Assembly: GCF_006345805.1 (NCBI RefSeq)
Contig: NC_042998.1
Coordinates: 108,438,001-108,502,000, forward strand
DNA length: 64,000 bases
Direction of reading: 5' to 3'
From: Octopus sinensis
Lineage: Eukaryota
The notes below the pieces were generated by a model. The model was not told the DNA's origin. It saw nothing but the letters and a program-made list of their open reading frames with translations, and made no database searches. The translations under genes were made by a program, and so were the position numbers. This document shows, in pieces, positions 48,479 through 61,690 of the stretch (position 1 is the first letter of the stretch; the number at the start of each line of letters is the position of its first letter).

Positions 48479-48680
48479 GCGGCGGGCTCACAATCATGAG
48501 GTAATGAGTTTGATTCCCGGATCGGGCTGTGTGTTGTGTTCTTGAGCAAGACACTTTATTTCAAGTTGCTCTAGTTCACTCAGCTGTAGAAATGAGTTGT
48601 GACGTCACTGGTGCCAAGCCGTCAGCCTTTCTCTTTCCTTTGGATAACATCGTTGGCGTGGAGTGGGGAGGCTGGTATGC
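48479..48680 (+). mobile_element. tRNA-derived SINE family 2 (conserved-core type), partial
   Basis: GGGCTCACAATCATGAGGTAATGAGTTTGATTCCCGG...GTGTTCTTGAGCAAGACACTTTATTTC...GGTGCCAAGC, homologous to 60067-60464. Confidence 0.75.
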
Positions 48681-49101
48681 ATGGATGTGTGCGTATGTGT
48701 CTGTGTCTGTGCGTCTACACAGACACAAACACACACATATTTATATACATATAGATATACATCTATTTATATATACATACACACCACAAATACATATGTA
48801 TATATATATATATATATACCATTCCTCCATGTGACCGGCTTGAAAAGTTAAGATATTAAGATATTTTTCTGAACATAGCTCAAATGGTAGCCTTAAAACA
48901 CAAATAAAGAATTTTATCCAGCAATGCGGTGTTGGACACTCATTCGTGTTGTGTATCCGTGAGGGATCGAAACTAGATGGTTCGAAACAATTGTAGTGAT
49001 TAATAAAATTTTTCGTATCTTCCATCTTCCGGCTTTTTCGTTAAGCAAATACACAACGAACACGGGCTTTACCGGTAAGCTACCAGGTATAAACCATACG
49101 A

Positions 49102-49177
<76 letters not shown>

Positions 49178-49220
49178 TATACATATATATATATATATAT
49201 TTGTAGACTTCTCCCTCTCC

Positions 49221-49314
<94 letters not shown>

Positions 49315-50385
49315 TATATATGTATATGTATATATATGTATGTATATACACACACGCACACACACATATATAAATATATATACATATATATATTCGGAGA
49401 GAGAGAGAGAGAGAGACGTGAGTGAAGAGCATGTGTATATGTAAATGAGTGCGAGGTTAATGTGTACATGTTTCGGGATGCTTTGTGAGTATAGGAAATG
49501 AGAGAATATGTAAAAGTCGAGGAGATGGAAACATTCAATAGAGATTAAATAGAGACAGCAGGGTGTATGAGAGAGTGAGTGAGTGAGAAAACTAAGGAAA
49601 AAAAAATACAACAAAAGCAATATTAATGTGTTGATTGATTGAGTATGATGAAAGTGAGAGACGAATATAGATGTATAAGGACGGGATATTGAAAAAAAAA
49701 TCAAGGAAATTTGTTGGCCTTCGTGAAATGAATAAATGTTCTTCTCCGGAAAACATCCCGCCTAGTCATAAGTGTGAACTTTACAAGGTTAAAGATAGGA
49801 GTTACGGTCAAGCGGCAAAGTGGTCGAAAACTATATTGCTAGCAACGTCCATAGGAGGGTAGTGTAAAGCTATCCATTGAGGAAGGCGGAGTGAGTAATC
49901 AAACAGAGAGTAAGAGTGATGGAAAGAATATAAGGGAAAGAATGAGAGATAATGAGAGAGTAAAAGAGCGGTATAAAACAAGCATAGAAAGTGAAAGATA
50001 AAAGGTGAGTGTCAGAGTGTCACATTTAGACATACACACAATCGTATACATATATATACACACACACCCGAATGCTCGTTTACGTGTACACACACTTTCA
50101 CTTACAGAGACACAGAGAGAGAGAGAGAGCACGTATAGACTGAAAAGTGGGAGGGTGAGAAAGAGAGAAAGCAAAAGTTGAAGAGAAACAACTTGCAAGT
50201 CAGTGAAGAAAAGGGAAAGAAAGAAACGGATAGAGGGGGAAGCGATAGGGAGGAAGATACAAGGAAAAGGATAGAAAGAAAATATCCGTGAGAGAAACGG
50301 ATAGAAAAAGAGGAGCGTTTGACAGAAAGAGTGGGTGAAATATAGAAAGACAGCGAGTAAGAGAGGAAGGGAAAACAGGCAGAGG

Positions 50386-50421
<36 letters not shown>

Positions 50422-51107
50422 CAACCGCAGCAGACGACAATTGAAAAAAAATATTTCAATAAAGCAGACGATAGTTAGGAAGAAAGAAAAAAGACATACA
50501 CAACGTGAAAGAGAGGGAGAGAGAAAGAGAGAGATAGAGTGAGAGAGAAAGCGAGAGAGGGAAAGATAAAGACAGTAAGAGACTTATCGAGATAAAGGCG
50601 CAATAAGACAGAGAAATGAAACGGAGACGTGAGTGTCAGGGGTACTACCTCCTTGATTTGTCGCAGAGGTAAGTGTTGTTTATCTACATAATATATACTT
50701 ATATACATACATAGTACATACAATGTCGGTACGTTTCCAAAGGGACAGGATGTCAGAGTGACAGGGGCGAGGTTGACAGAATGACATGCTGATCGAATGT
50801 CAACATGTATATATGTTACAGCAAAACTCCGTTCAGCTTCTTACATAAACTCAATTTGGGGCCATGTATTTGTATATACCCATCTCCCAATCGCTTTCTT
50901 TTACTACTCTTCGTGCGTATATGTATGTGTTTGTACACATACATACATACACACATTTTTCTACATACATATTTATTTATATACATGTATTTATATAGAG
51001 ACATTTTTTAAACATAAAAAGTATGAATATACATACATACAAACATACATATATACATACATATGTGAGCGTGTGTTTACATATATATATGTATATATAT
51101 AATATAT

Positions 51108-51156
<49 letters not shown>

Positions 51157-51249
51157 GCGTATATAAATATATACATACCTATATGTATATATGTATATGT
51201 TTATATATATTATATACGTTTTCTTTTTACCCGTGTGTGGGTGTGCGCT

Positions 51250-51321
<72 letters not shown>

Positions 51322-51952
51322 CATAGCTATCTTTATAAAAGGTATATACTTATCTACTTTCTCGGATTTATACTTGCACATTGCAGTATACGTGTGCCTA
51401 TCTATACTATTTATGAGTATAGAATGTTTGAGAAGTTTCAGCATTTTTGCCCTGTCCCATTCTCTCTCGCTCTATCAAAATGTGTGTATACTGTGTGCGC
51501 GTGCGTGTACGTGTATGTGTGTCTACGAATATGTGGAATATGTGTATAATTGTGTATGTGTGGTGAGTGCTTACATATATATATATAGAAAGACACATAC
51601 CTATTTCATTTACTCACACACGTACGTATGTGGGCTAGCACAAAAACCCACATATACCCATATACTTGACACACGCACGCATACGTATATACAGGATGTC
51701 CATCGGCTTATATCACTCACTGACTCTTCTGTCCATCGCAGATATGCATACGCACTCCATGTTCTCTCTCTCTCTCTCTCCCTCTCTCTTTTTCCTACTC
51801 TCTTTCTCCCTCTCTCTTTCTCTCCTCTCTCTTTCTCGCTCCTCTCTCTTTCACACCCACCCATACAGACACATAGCGTTCCAATTGTCTGATTCTGTTA
51901 AGACAATTGCTTGGATATATATTTATACACACACACACACATATGTATGTAT

Positions 51953-52049
<97 letters not shown>

Positions 52050-52389
52050 ACATACATATATATATATACATGTTGAGATATTTCATAAAGATGTATACGT
52101 AGATATCTGTATTAATAATACACGTGTACATATATGCATATATGCGTGTAAATGTTGTACACGTGTGCCGATATGCATGTTTACAGATTGGTGGATATAA
52201 AATTATACTGTAAATGCAAGTATTTATTGACATACATATATTTAATGAATATACCTTACAATTATGACATATTACATACATATATACACAATTAGATAAC
52301 AAAACAAAAACATAACAAAGGCGAATAAAATATATGTATACACAAATATAGGTAATCCGTATACGTCTCATTATCACTTCCTACATACG

Positions 52390-52750
52390 TGCATGCATAC
52401 ATACAAATTTACATACATACATACATAGATACATACATACATACACACATACATACATACATACATACATACATACATACATACATGCATACATACTTAC
52501 TTACATACATACATACAAACATACATATATACATACATACATACTTACATACATACATACATACATACATGCATACATATATACATACACACGCACACAT
52601 ACATACATACATACATACATACACACGCACACATACATACATACATACATACATACATACATACATACATACATACATACATACATACATACATACATAC
52701 ATACACACGCACACATACATACATACATACATACATGCATGCATATATAT
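52390..52750. repeat. Long (CATA)n microsatellite inside a TA/CA-rich block spanning about 51.0-53.1 kb
   Basis: Read directly. Confidence 0.95.
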
Positions 52751-52928
52751 GGATGTGTGTGTGTGCGTGTGTGTATTTGAAAACAATGAATAGAAAGGAC
52801 ATTTCTAATAATTTAATAATTAGTTTATAAGTTTTATAAATATTACCAAAGGGGAAAAACAAACAGGAAAACCATTTTTTCAAATACTGTACCAAGGACT
52901 TCCTATTTCTTATTCTACTATATATATG

Positions 52929-53026
<98 letters not shown>

Positions 53027-53117
53027 ATATTATATATATATATATATATATACATATATATGCATATATAATGCATATACACACACGCACGCGCGCACAC
53101 ACACATATACAGACATA

Positions 53118-53525
53118 TTTTTTTACTTGTTTCAATCATTTGACTGTGGCCATACTGGAGCACCGACTTGAGGGTTTTCAGTCGAACAAATGGACCCCAG
53201 GACTTATTTTTAAGCCTAGTACTTATTCTATCTGTCTCTTTTGCCGAACCACTAAGTACGTGGACGTAAATATACAAACACTGGTTATCAAGCGGATATG
53301 GGGAGAAAACATTGACACACACACACACACACACATACACACAAACACACACACACATACACACACACATTTTATATATACGATTGGCTTCTTTCATTTC
53401 AGTCTGCCAAATCCACTCACAAGACTTTGGTCCGTCAGAGTTTATAACAGAAGACACTTGTCCAAGTTGCCATGCAGTGGGACTGCATCCGGTTTGGAAG
53501 CAACCTTCTTATCACATAGCCACAA
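53118..53525 (-). mobile_element. tRNA-derived SINE family 3, full length, with internal (CA)n
   Basis: Reverse complement starts GTGGCTATGTGATAAGAAGGTTGCTTCC...CAGTCCCACTGCATGGCAACTTGGACAAGTGTCTTC, has an internal (TG)n at 53316-53370, and ends TGACTGAAACAAGTAAAAA-like. Confidence 0.75.
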
Positions 53526-55099
53526 TTGTATATTTGTTCAATGACATATATTTTCAGAGGTTATATTGAGTGCTGATATCTTCATAGTTACTCCTCTAAG
53601 TTTCATGGTTCCGATTACAAGGCGACTGGTTCGGAATATTGAAACTCCGAGATATGACTCACCTAAACACACATAAACGCTTCTATGTATATATGGTTTT
53701 TCTTTGAATTTTACTCACGTTCTTAAGAGGATAAAAGCTGATCACTGTCAAAGAGACAAGCCTTTTTGAGTTTAGAGAGTTCCTAGTATTTGTAAATATA
53801 TGGTTGAGTTGCTGTGTTGGTCGAGCTGTCGACGTACACACTCAGTGTGCGCATTTCTTTCACCTAAAGAATCTCAGCTGGAGAATTTTTGGAATGTCTT
53901 ACAAATCTTCACCGTCACTAATAGATTGGATTTGGAGAATCTACGTCATACATGTATGTATGTATGTATGTATGTATGTATGTATGTATGTATGTATGTA
54001 TGTATGTATGTATGTATGTATGCATGCATGTATGTATGTGTTGTGTGTGTCTTGTGTGTGTGTGTGCATAAGAGTGCATGTGTGTTTAGATGTTCGTATG
54101 TGGACATGCGTGCGAGTGCGTATATGTGTGTATAGTGACCATATAGACTATATTGTAATAAAAAAGCTAATACATGTTCCACTTTTTATGAAAACGTAAA
54201 TAGTCTCTATCCTGTTGTTTTGTGTAGCCTCAATTCAGCAATGGTAAATTATATTTTTGTTACGAAGTTTTTGGTCGAACGACGTGGTATGAATCCTCAT
54301 TCTTTTGTAGTTTAGTTTACAATCATACTACATACTCTGACGCGCACTGTTGAATAAGTGTGGAATTTTGTGTTAAAGTCTAAAGATATTGTACTTTCTT
54401 CTTTTCAGTCTGTTTCTGTTTGCTCGTAGATTTTCCACAGCGGTATCGGCAAGATGGACTAGGTTTCAAGCACGACAATTGCTGTACCATACAGTTAACA
54501 ATTGCGCTGTACATCCGAGCACACTAGAGAAGAAGCTTCTATGCTATCGCTCAAATTCCAAGAAATTGAATACCGTCTTTAAAATATTTTCACATTCAGG
54601 ACTAATACTGTACGCTGTATGCACATCTGATATGAGTCCCAATAATGCTAGCACAGTAGATTTTGTCATATCGAAGTGAAAATGTGTTGAGTTAGCTTGA
54701 CATTGTTTTTCTCTGTCAAGACTAAAGAAGTTGTCCGGTGACCAATGGAGAGGTCGCTAGTTTCAAAAATGTTCATATAAATACATTACTATTCTATAAA
54801 CTTTTATATTTGTGTGCGTGTCTGTGTCTACGTTAGTGTGAATGTGTACAGAATTAATATTGTATATTTTCATCATTATTTTTTATAATGTTTTTAATTA
54901 TATTATATTACTGGATTTTCAGAAACATTAGCGCACTTAAGAAAATACTTTGTGCTATTTTTTTTGGATCTTTACGTTTCGAAGTCAATTGTCCTGGGGT
55001 TAATTTTACCGGTCAACCTTCAGGATCGACAAAATTATATAGCAGTAAATTACTAGGATCAATGGCATCAACTAAAACCTTCCTTCAGAATTTCTAGAC

Positions 55100-56800
55100 T
55101 CATGCATGCACACTTGTTCCTTCGGCGTTTGTATTAGATGCTGAAAGGATATGATAGAATTTGAAAGACTGTTTAGATCGATGTTCCGTCTCTACAGTCT
55201 TGTTTTTGTTTTACGTAATGACAAACTATATCATTACTGATATGTAAATTCCTGGTGCCAGTTTATATTTTAACATTAATAGCATGAATTTCATCTGGCA
55301 TCTAATCGAATAACCCAAAGCTTAGTATGTATTCCGTCACAACAAACACACAAAGGCTATCGATATTTACCTGCGTAAATTTCTGAGGCTAATATTTTCC
55401 TTATTCTAGTGTTATATTCCCAGTCACATGCTCCTTCTTATACGTTCCATCACAGGAAAATTTACATGTATTTTAAGTATCCTAATCAGATATCAGAGAA
55501 ATAGTTGGACCATTGATAATTATGTTACCAGATGGGTTTATAGTTCATCTTCCCTTTACAAACCATTCAGGAACTTTTATCCTGGCCAAATTTCATCTTT
55601 ATATCGTTTGAGAATGTCATAACTAAACCAAGATTTTCCTTCATATCGTCCATATTTTGGCATATATTTTCAGATCATCTAAAAAGAGGCGATGTGTTTA
55701 GCTGGTGCTTCTCTTTCAGATTTGCTTCACAAAACGGACAAAGTATTTATTAAAAGTATATACAGCATCATTGCTGCCCTCCCCCAAATAATCTGCAATG
55801 CTATATCTTATAGGTGATAATAAAACTAATTTCCTGTGCTTAACTTCAGAATGGTTGCCCTTGACAAAGTCATCTTGTTTATGTCCTTGATAATATTATC
55901 TGAAACTTTAGCAAGAACGTCTACGAGTAGAGTCAAATGCTTTCGTGTAATCCAGATTGACTGCACCAAGTTCCTTCTTACGCTGAAGTACCTCTAACAT
56001 CACAGTTCTCTCGATCCAGAGTTGTCTTGCACATCTCCAAACTCCATTCTTTCCAGCTCTTTGTCCAGCAGTAATGATATTACTATCAAAGTAATCCTGG
56101 AAGGACAGCTTCCAATATACTAAAAATATTTTATACACGAGATTCTGGTATGTAATTGGCTGGCAACTTTTTAGCAAGTGAATAGCATTATTTTTGGCTG
56201 TGAGTTTTGTATCTGCTATCGCTAATCAGCTTGGTAGGTTTATGTCTCTATTGAGAACTTGGAGGTAATTTTTCTTTCGTTTAGGTATCCTACAATAAAC
56301 TCTCTTTCTGGCTCGTTTCTAATCCCGATTTTTTTCATCACAGTCTCAGGAGTGTCGCTATTGACTGTTTTTTGTTTTATACAAAGACAATATTTTCTTC
56401 GGATTACTTGTAACTACTCCGTTCCGTTATTAAACTCCGATGGTTTCACATTTTCCTCCAGAATAACGCTATATCTTCCTGAGAAGTAGCCGTCGTAATG
56501 TTTATTGATTGTCTTGTCGTGTCTCTGTAGACAACTGAATCGTTTCAATTGAATTTCTAGTCAATCCTTTTACTTTTTGCAACTTTCTTCTGAATCCGAA
56601 GTTTTTCGCTGACGATTTTCGGTCCTCGTTTGAGGGTGATCAGTCTCTATTCCAATCTTCTTTTTTAATTATCTTCAAACATTTTTTGTTTTTGTTATGG
56701 CCTTTTCTTGGCAGGTAATAAGCATTGAGAAATGAAAGATGATTTCCGTAGAACGACGATCCCTTTAGCTATTTTCAAAACCAACCGTGAAATTGTTTAC
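55100..56800 (-). mobile_element. Heavily decayed R4-like LINE (pre-RT and RT region)
   Basis: CQPITYQNLVYKIF...LDYTKAFDS (ORF 55908-56177), HRLFLDDLKIYAK near 55690, and upstream QEDIALFWRK. Confidence 0.7.
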
Positions 56801-56907
56801 ATTGTTTTGTCTTACTTTAATTCTTCTGTAACCTACAAGGCGGTGTTTTGCTGTCATTGTGAAGCCATATAAACATGCATTAATTTGCCAAAATGAGGGT
56901 GTCCATA

Positions 56908-57860
56908 CGACTGTGTACTGAGAAGTACATAGGCTGACTATGAAGGAATGATGTTAGCGCAATGAAATCTTGCATGCATTAATTTCAAACTCTTTTTATT
57001 AATATGCGCATTATTTCTTTTCAGGTAAACAGACACCTGACTGTTCAAATAAGACTTTAAAAGTAACTACTAGCGACTTCTCTTGAAAATGGACAAAATT
57101 TGGCATCGCGGTGTTATCAAGAACCTGCCGAAAAAGGGTTTAGCTCCCAAGAATATTTAATACTGACATGGTTGCTACATTAGGGGATGACACTAGCTTT
57201 ATATATAGTGCAAAAGTGAATAGCTAAATTTAGGAGAGGAAGGGAGAGTTTTGAAGATGAACCAAGGTCTGAATGTCCAGCAGTATCCACCACCAAGGAA
57301 AACATTGATCGTGTTCACCACATGGTGATGGATGACAGGCGATTGACTATAAATCAAATAGTCAATGTTATTAGCATATCAGGCGAAATAGCTGAGAATA
57401 TTATGCACAATGAACTTAGCATGACTAAGGTTTCTGCTCAGTGGGCGTCACGTCCTTTGACACCTGATAAAAAACGCAGCAGGCTGATCTCGTCACTGGA
57501 AAATCTGACGTTGTTTGAGGCATATCGAGCAGTTTTCGTTGAATGTTTCCTAGCCCAGGATGAGTGTTGTGTTTATCACTTTGAGCCAGAGACAAAGAGA
57601 CAATCCATGCCGTGGAAACACCCTTCTTCACCTGTTCCAAAGAAGGCCAAGGTCGTTTCATATGTAGGGAAGGCGATGGTCTCAGTCCTTTTCGGATGCA
57701 AAATGCATCGTTTTTATCGACCATCTTCAAAAGAGTCACACCATTAATGGAAAGTACTATGACAACTTGCTGAAACAGTTTCGAACGGCTATCAAGACCA
57801 AAAGCCCAGGAAAACTGAAGAAAAGGATCTTGCATTATCAGGACAATGTTCTAGTTCTTA
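56908..57860 (+). mobile_element. Mariner element, 3'-truncated
   Basis: MDKIWHRGVIK (57088) and ORF 57322-57747 DRRLTINQI...TKVSAQW...AQDECCVYHFEPETKRQSMPWKHPSSPVPKKAK, followed by ILHYQDN. Confidence 0.85.
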
Positions 57861-57951
57861 GAGAGAACCTGTCTATATCACTATTTTGTAGAAGTTTTCA
57901 GTTGATGTCGGGATCTTCCCCGTTTAATATCTATGGACTAGATTTCTTTTG

Positions 57952-58042
57952 CAGATCACAACTATTGTTATCAGCAGACCACAAATATTGTTATCAGGGG
58001 ACCACAATTATTGTTATCAGATCACAAATATTGTTATCAGCA
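57952..58042. repeat. Minisatellite, about 4 copies of a 20-23-bp unit
   Basis: TATTGTTATCAG recurs four times, separated by variants of (G)ACCACAAA. Confidence 0.85.
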
Positions 58043-58229
58043 CTGGTACTGCAAATGCCTTGTGGAATATTCTTTTGTAAGAAGAGAGTACACAATTACC
58101 TTAGTTTTCTAAGTCTGATATAATGTTCTTTGTTCACAACACGTTCTTATGATAAATTTTCCTCAAAGCCTATAATTACCTGTATACACAGTGTGGACTA
58201 TGAGAGATAGAGAGACCGTTGATTTCTAT

Positions 58230-59880
58230 GTTTGGCAGGGAGTGGCATGATTGATTTTCCACGTTAAGCTGTCAAATATGAATACTTCTTTTGGCCAAAT
58301 TCCATTCCAATGTCAGCAGAAAATATTAACTCATGCTGGTTTGCTTTTTGGCATTGTAGCATTTTTAGCATAGATCTTCAGATTATCCACAAATTATGGG
58401 TTACGTTGGTATCAATAGCATTATATACCCTAGCATATAACCACTGGATTCATATAAGGGAAATGATAACAAATTTAATGCCAAAAGAAATACAGAAAAA
58501 CGTTTCCTTCGAACATTCCCTGTAACATCGGAGACGATCATTCTGTAAGGATTATTGCCCAGAGATTTGTGAGAATTTCAGTGACAGTGACTATTACAAT
58601 TGATACTTTAGCCAATTTTAGAGACTTCAGCAAGCATGAGTGGGAATAGAGTCGAATGTTTTCCTATAATAAACCCAAACTGTCACAAGATTTCTGCAGT
58701 TTTCTTACTTCGAGTAACCCCCACTCTCGTTTCTTTTCATATGCGTACTGATCCTGGAGGTATTGATTGAGAGAGCTTGTGTAAAGTTTGTATAAAATAT
58801 GTAGGCACACAATATATATATAGCTTTCTGCCAACTCGTTGGTTTTATCCTTGGCTATAAGATTCGTCCGTGCTATATAAACCAAATTTGTTACGTCAAT
58901 CTGGCTTTCCACAGTTCTTTTGAATACACATATTAATGGTTTTCTCGTACTAGAATAAGTCTCTTCCATAACTTTTCCAGTTATGTAGCTTACCTATTTT
59001 CCAATTATGTAGTTTGAAGGTTTCAGGGTCAATTGTGTATGTTTTACTGTAGATAATGTCAAAGTATTCCTTCTGAACTGTTTTTAGCAACGATGCATTC
59101 TGGTTGAAATCGTTCCGGATCTTATACCAGGATGATTCTTAATTTTTAGAAGTGGCTTTATTAAAGATAATGTTTTTCTTCCTCATTTCACTCAGGAGCT
59201 TGGTATGTAGAGTCGCCGTAGAATTTTATTTTATTTTGCATAAGAGGTGTGAACTATTATTCCCCTTATATTTTATTATTGGTGTTAACCTTCCAATATG
59301 GCGGCGCAGATTGTTGACCCTTTCTTCAAGTTTAGTTTTCCACATAGTTTGCGTTTATTTGATAATTTGGATGGTTCTTAGTACTTTGAGAAAATTGGAT
59401 AGCGTCACGAGAGATGGAATAACAACTGCTATCTGAAAGCGATATTTTTCAAAGCAAGATGCTTGTTGCAGAATTTCGTCCCAGTATCCCCTTAGCCGCT
59501 TCATATAAACAACAGAAGGATCATCTCAGACTTTTTCATACCACAGCAGTAAATCTTGACTTATTTGTAAAGACTAAGTGAAATGGGAAGAGTACTAACG
59601 CCACCTTAAGTAACTTACAGATTTTGTAGTAATACTTGTATTGGAATTCTTAACAATATCAGTCAGGATATTAAAAGCAAAATTCCACAGGGTGTAAGAT
59701 AAAATTTATAATCTGGTCTCAATAACGCTAAGTTGGTTCGTAAAAGGCAGACTCTTATTTATAAAAGAAGAAATCATTTGGTTACTGATTTTGGCTCGAG
59801 AGTCGGCATAATTATGGAAGAAATTGCACAAAAGGACATTTTTAAACGGTCTGTTCACCTGCTCGTTTGATGTTGACATG
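58230..59880 (-). mobile_element. Heavily decayed R4-like LINE, N-terminal half to RT, with its 5' end next to (CATA)n
   Basis: Minus strand QDLLLWYEKV*DDPSVVYMKRLRGYWDE (about 59560-59480), WKTKLEERVNNLRRHIGRL, and NVTHNL.VDNLKIYA near 58380-58420. Confidence 0.6.
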
Positions 59881-59960
59881 CATAGATGTATGTATGTATG
59901 TATGTATGTATGTATGTATGTATGTATGTATGTATGTATGTATGTATGTATGTATGTATA

Positions 59961-61690
59961 TCATTACTCAGTTTTATTTCAAGATTTCATGCCAATAGAG
60001 AAAAACAAGTTTCTTGCCTAGATCCATGAGTACTTCATTTGAATTTTTGTATGTATGTATGTATGTAAAGAAAAGGGTAAAGCCCCACTTCGGTCATGAA
60101 TGATCATGAGATTGCACCCTGAAAGTTACCCTCCGGGGCATAAGTCCGGGCAAAGTTGTTTGAAGAAGACAGGTAGTCATCCATGCATACCAGCCTCCCC
60201 TACCACCTCACCGATGTTATCCAAGGGAAAGGTAAAGGCCGATCCAGCTTGGCACCAGTGATGTCGCAACTCATTTCTACAGCTGAGTGAATTAGAGCAA
60301 CGTGAAATAAAGTATCTTGCTCGAGAACACAACACAGCCTGGTCCGGGAATCGAACTCACTATCTCATGATTGTAAGCCCGACGCTCTAACCACTGAGCC
60401 ATGCGCCTTTACTCTAACTACTGAGCCATGTGCCTTCACTCTAACCACTGAGCCATGCACCTTCACATGTATGTATGTACATGTGCAGATTTGTAGGTTT
60501 TGTTGTTGGTATGTATTCTCATGAATATAGCTGCATGTCTATGCATGCTCATATATATTTAAATGATAAACTTCTGGAAAGTCTTACAGATTTTTTACAG
60601 TTCCAGTGATGGTTTGGATCTTTTCGTCTTCGAATCAGCTATCCCATTTCTAGTTTTCAAAAGCGTAATTTCTCAAGATTGGTATTTAGGCAGTGTGTTA
60701 CACATCCCAGTGACCCAATAAATTACAGGTATAAACCTGAATTTGTAATCTGGATAGAGTAACTGTAGATTTCTCAATAGTTCAGCGTAGGTATTTTCTT
60801 TTTCGCTGATCTTTAGCTTTATGTTAACATCGGCTGGGCAGCTGATTTCCACAAGTGTACGCAGCTTCTCTTGTCTATCTCAAATCACTATGACAAGTCT
60901 ATTATGTTTACATTTTATTGAGTTTTCTCAGGGACATTCTACCGGTACTCCAGTCTATTATGAGTGACTTTGGCTTCTGCCATACTGTGGATTCTTGTTT
61001 CTTTGTCCTCAGGGTTGTTCTTTTGACGGATCTTATTATACAATGCCCTAGCTAGGACATCATGTCTCATTAGCAGATAAAACAATGACATTTTCGGACA
61101 ACTGCTTATGATGTAGGCGATATCTTCGGTGTTAACTCCACAAAGTTTGCATCGGTTATCACAGTTTGGTGCTTTTCCTGCGTCTCTGTTCCATTTGTGC
61201 ATTAAATATTTGGTTGATATTTCTTGTTCTTGGATTGCAAACGCATACCTTTCAAAGTGGTAGATAGTACTCCGGTTGTTGGTCCATGATAGACTGCTTT
61301 GATGATCAATGTTGCTATCATCCCGGAGCTTTCTGTTAACATGTTCATGCATGGTCTTCTGCTGATATACGCTCATCCTTTCATCTGATGATACAACACA
61401 GTAGAGTCGTGCAACTTCATTGGCTATGTATTTAAGGAGAATAGACAAGGAATGTTGCTCAAGGAGCTGCTTTCTAAATCTTACGATGTTATCAGCCTCA
61501 TGTATGCAAACTTGGTCAAGGAATAGACTTCAACACTTATTAGTCAAAAGGCATTGCCAAAGAGATATGATACAATGTTCAAAGGCAGTCTGAATCGATA
61601 TTGTCTCTGCCCTTTTGTTTTCGCTTTAGGTAGAGGCGGTCTACGTCACTGTTGATGTGGAAATTATGTGTGTTGGTTAGTATCTTCCGG
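59961..61690 (-). mobile_element. 5'-truncated delta-family R4-like LINE, copy 3, with (CATA)n at both ends
   Basis: Starts RKILTNTHNFHINSDVDRLYLKRKQKG immediately after (CATA)n at 61691-61750. Has CKLCGVNTEDIAYIISSC (CCHC, ORF 60939-61448) and ends KTFQKFII-stop at 60559. Then UTR, internal (CATA)n split by a SINE, tip 59961-60048, and tail 59887-59960. Confidence 0.87.
60067..60464 (-). mobile_element. tRNA-derived SINE family 2, full length, with triplicated 27-bp head
   Basis: Reverse complement GGCGCATGGCTCAGTGGTTAGAGCG (A box)...GAGTTCGATTCCCGG (B box)...GTGTTCTCGAGCAAGATACTT core. Flanked by ATGTATGTA. Confidence 0.88.

Noticed and set aside
48950-49010. GTGAGGGATCGAAAC...TTCGAAAC...AATAAA, a possible second Penelope terminal or hammerhead relic
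   Set aside because: The core is too degenerate and there is no linked PLE coding sequence.
54389-54679. 96-aa plus ORF with a strong polypyrimidine acceptor near 54420
   Set aside because: No donor or homology, so it cannot be distinguished from chance without RNA data.
57952-58042. Repeat-spacer-like pattern suggesting a CRISPR array
   Set aside because: Eukaryotic context, spacers of 8-11 nt that resemble each other, and no cas genes. It is a minisatellite.
60330-60410. tRNA gene
   Set aside because: The A and B boxes continue into a SINE body with no acceptor stem or terminator. The same holds for the other SINE heads.
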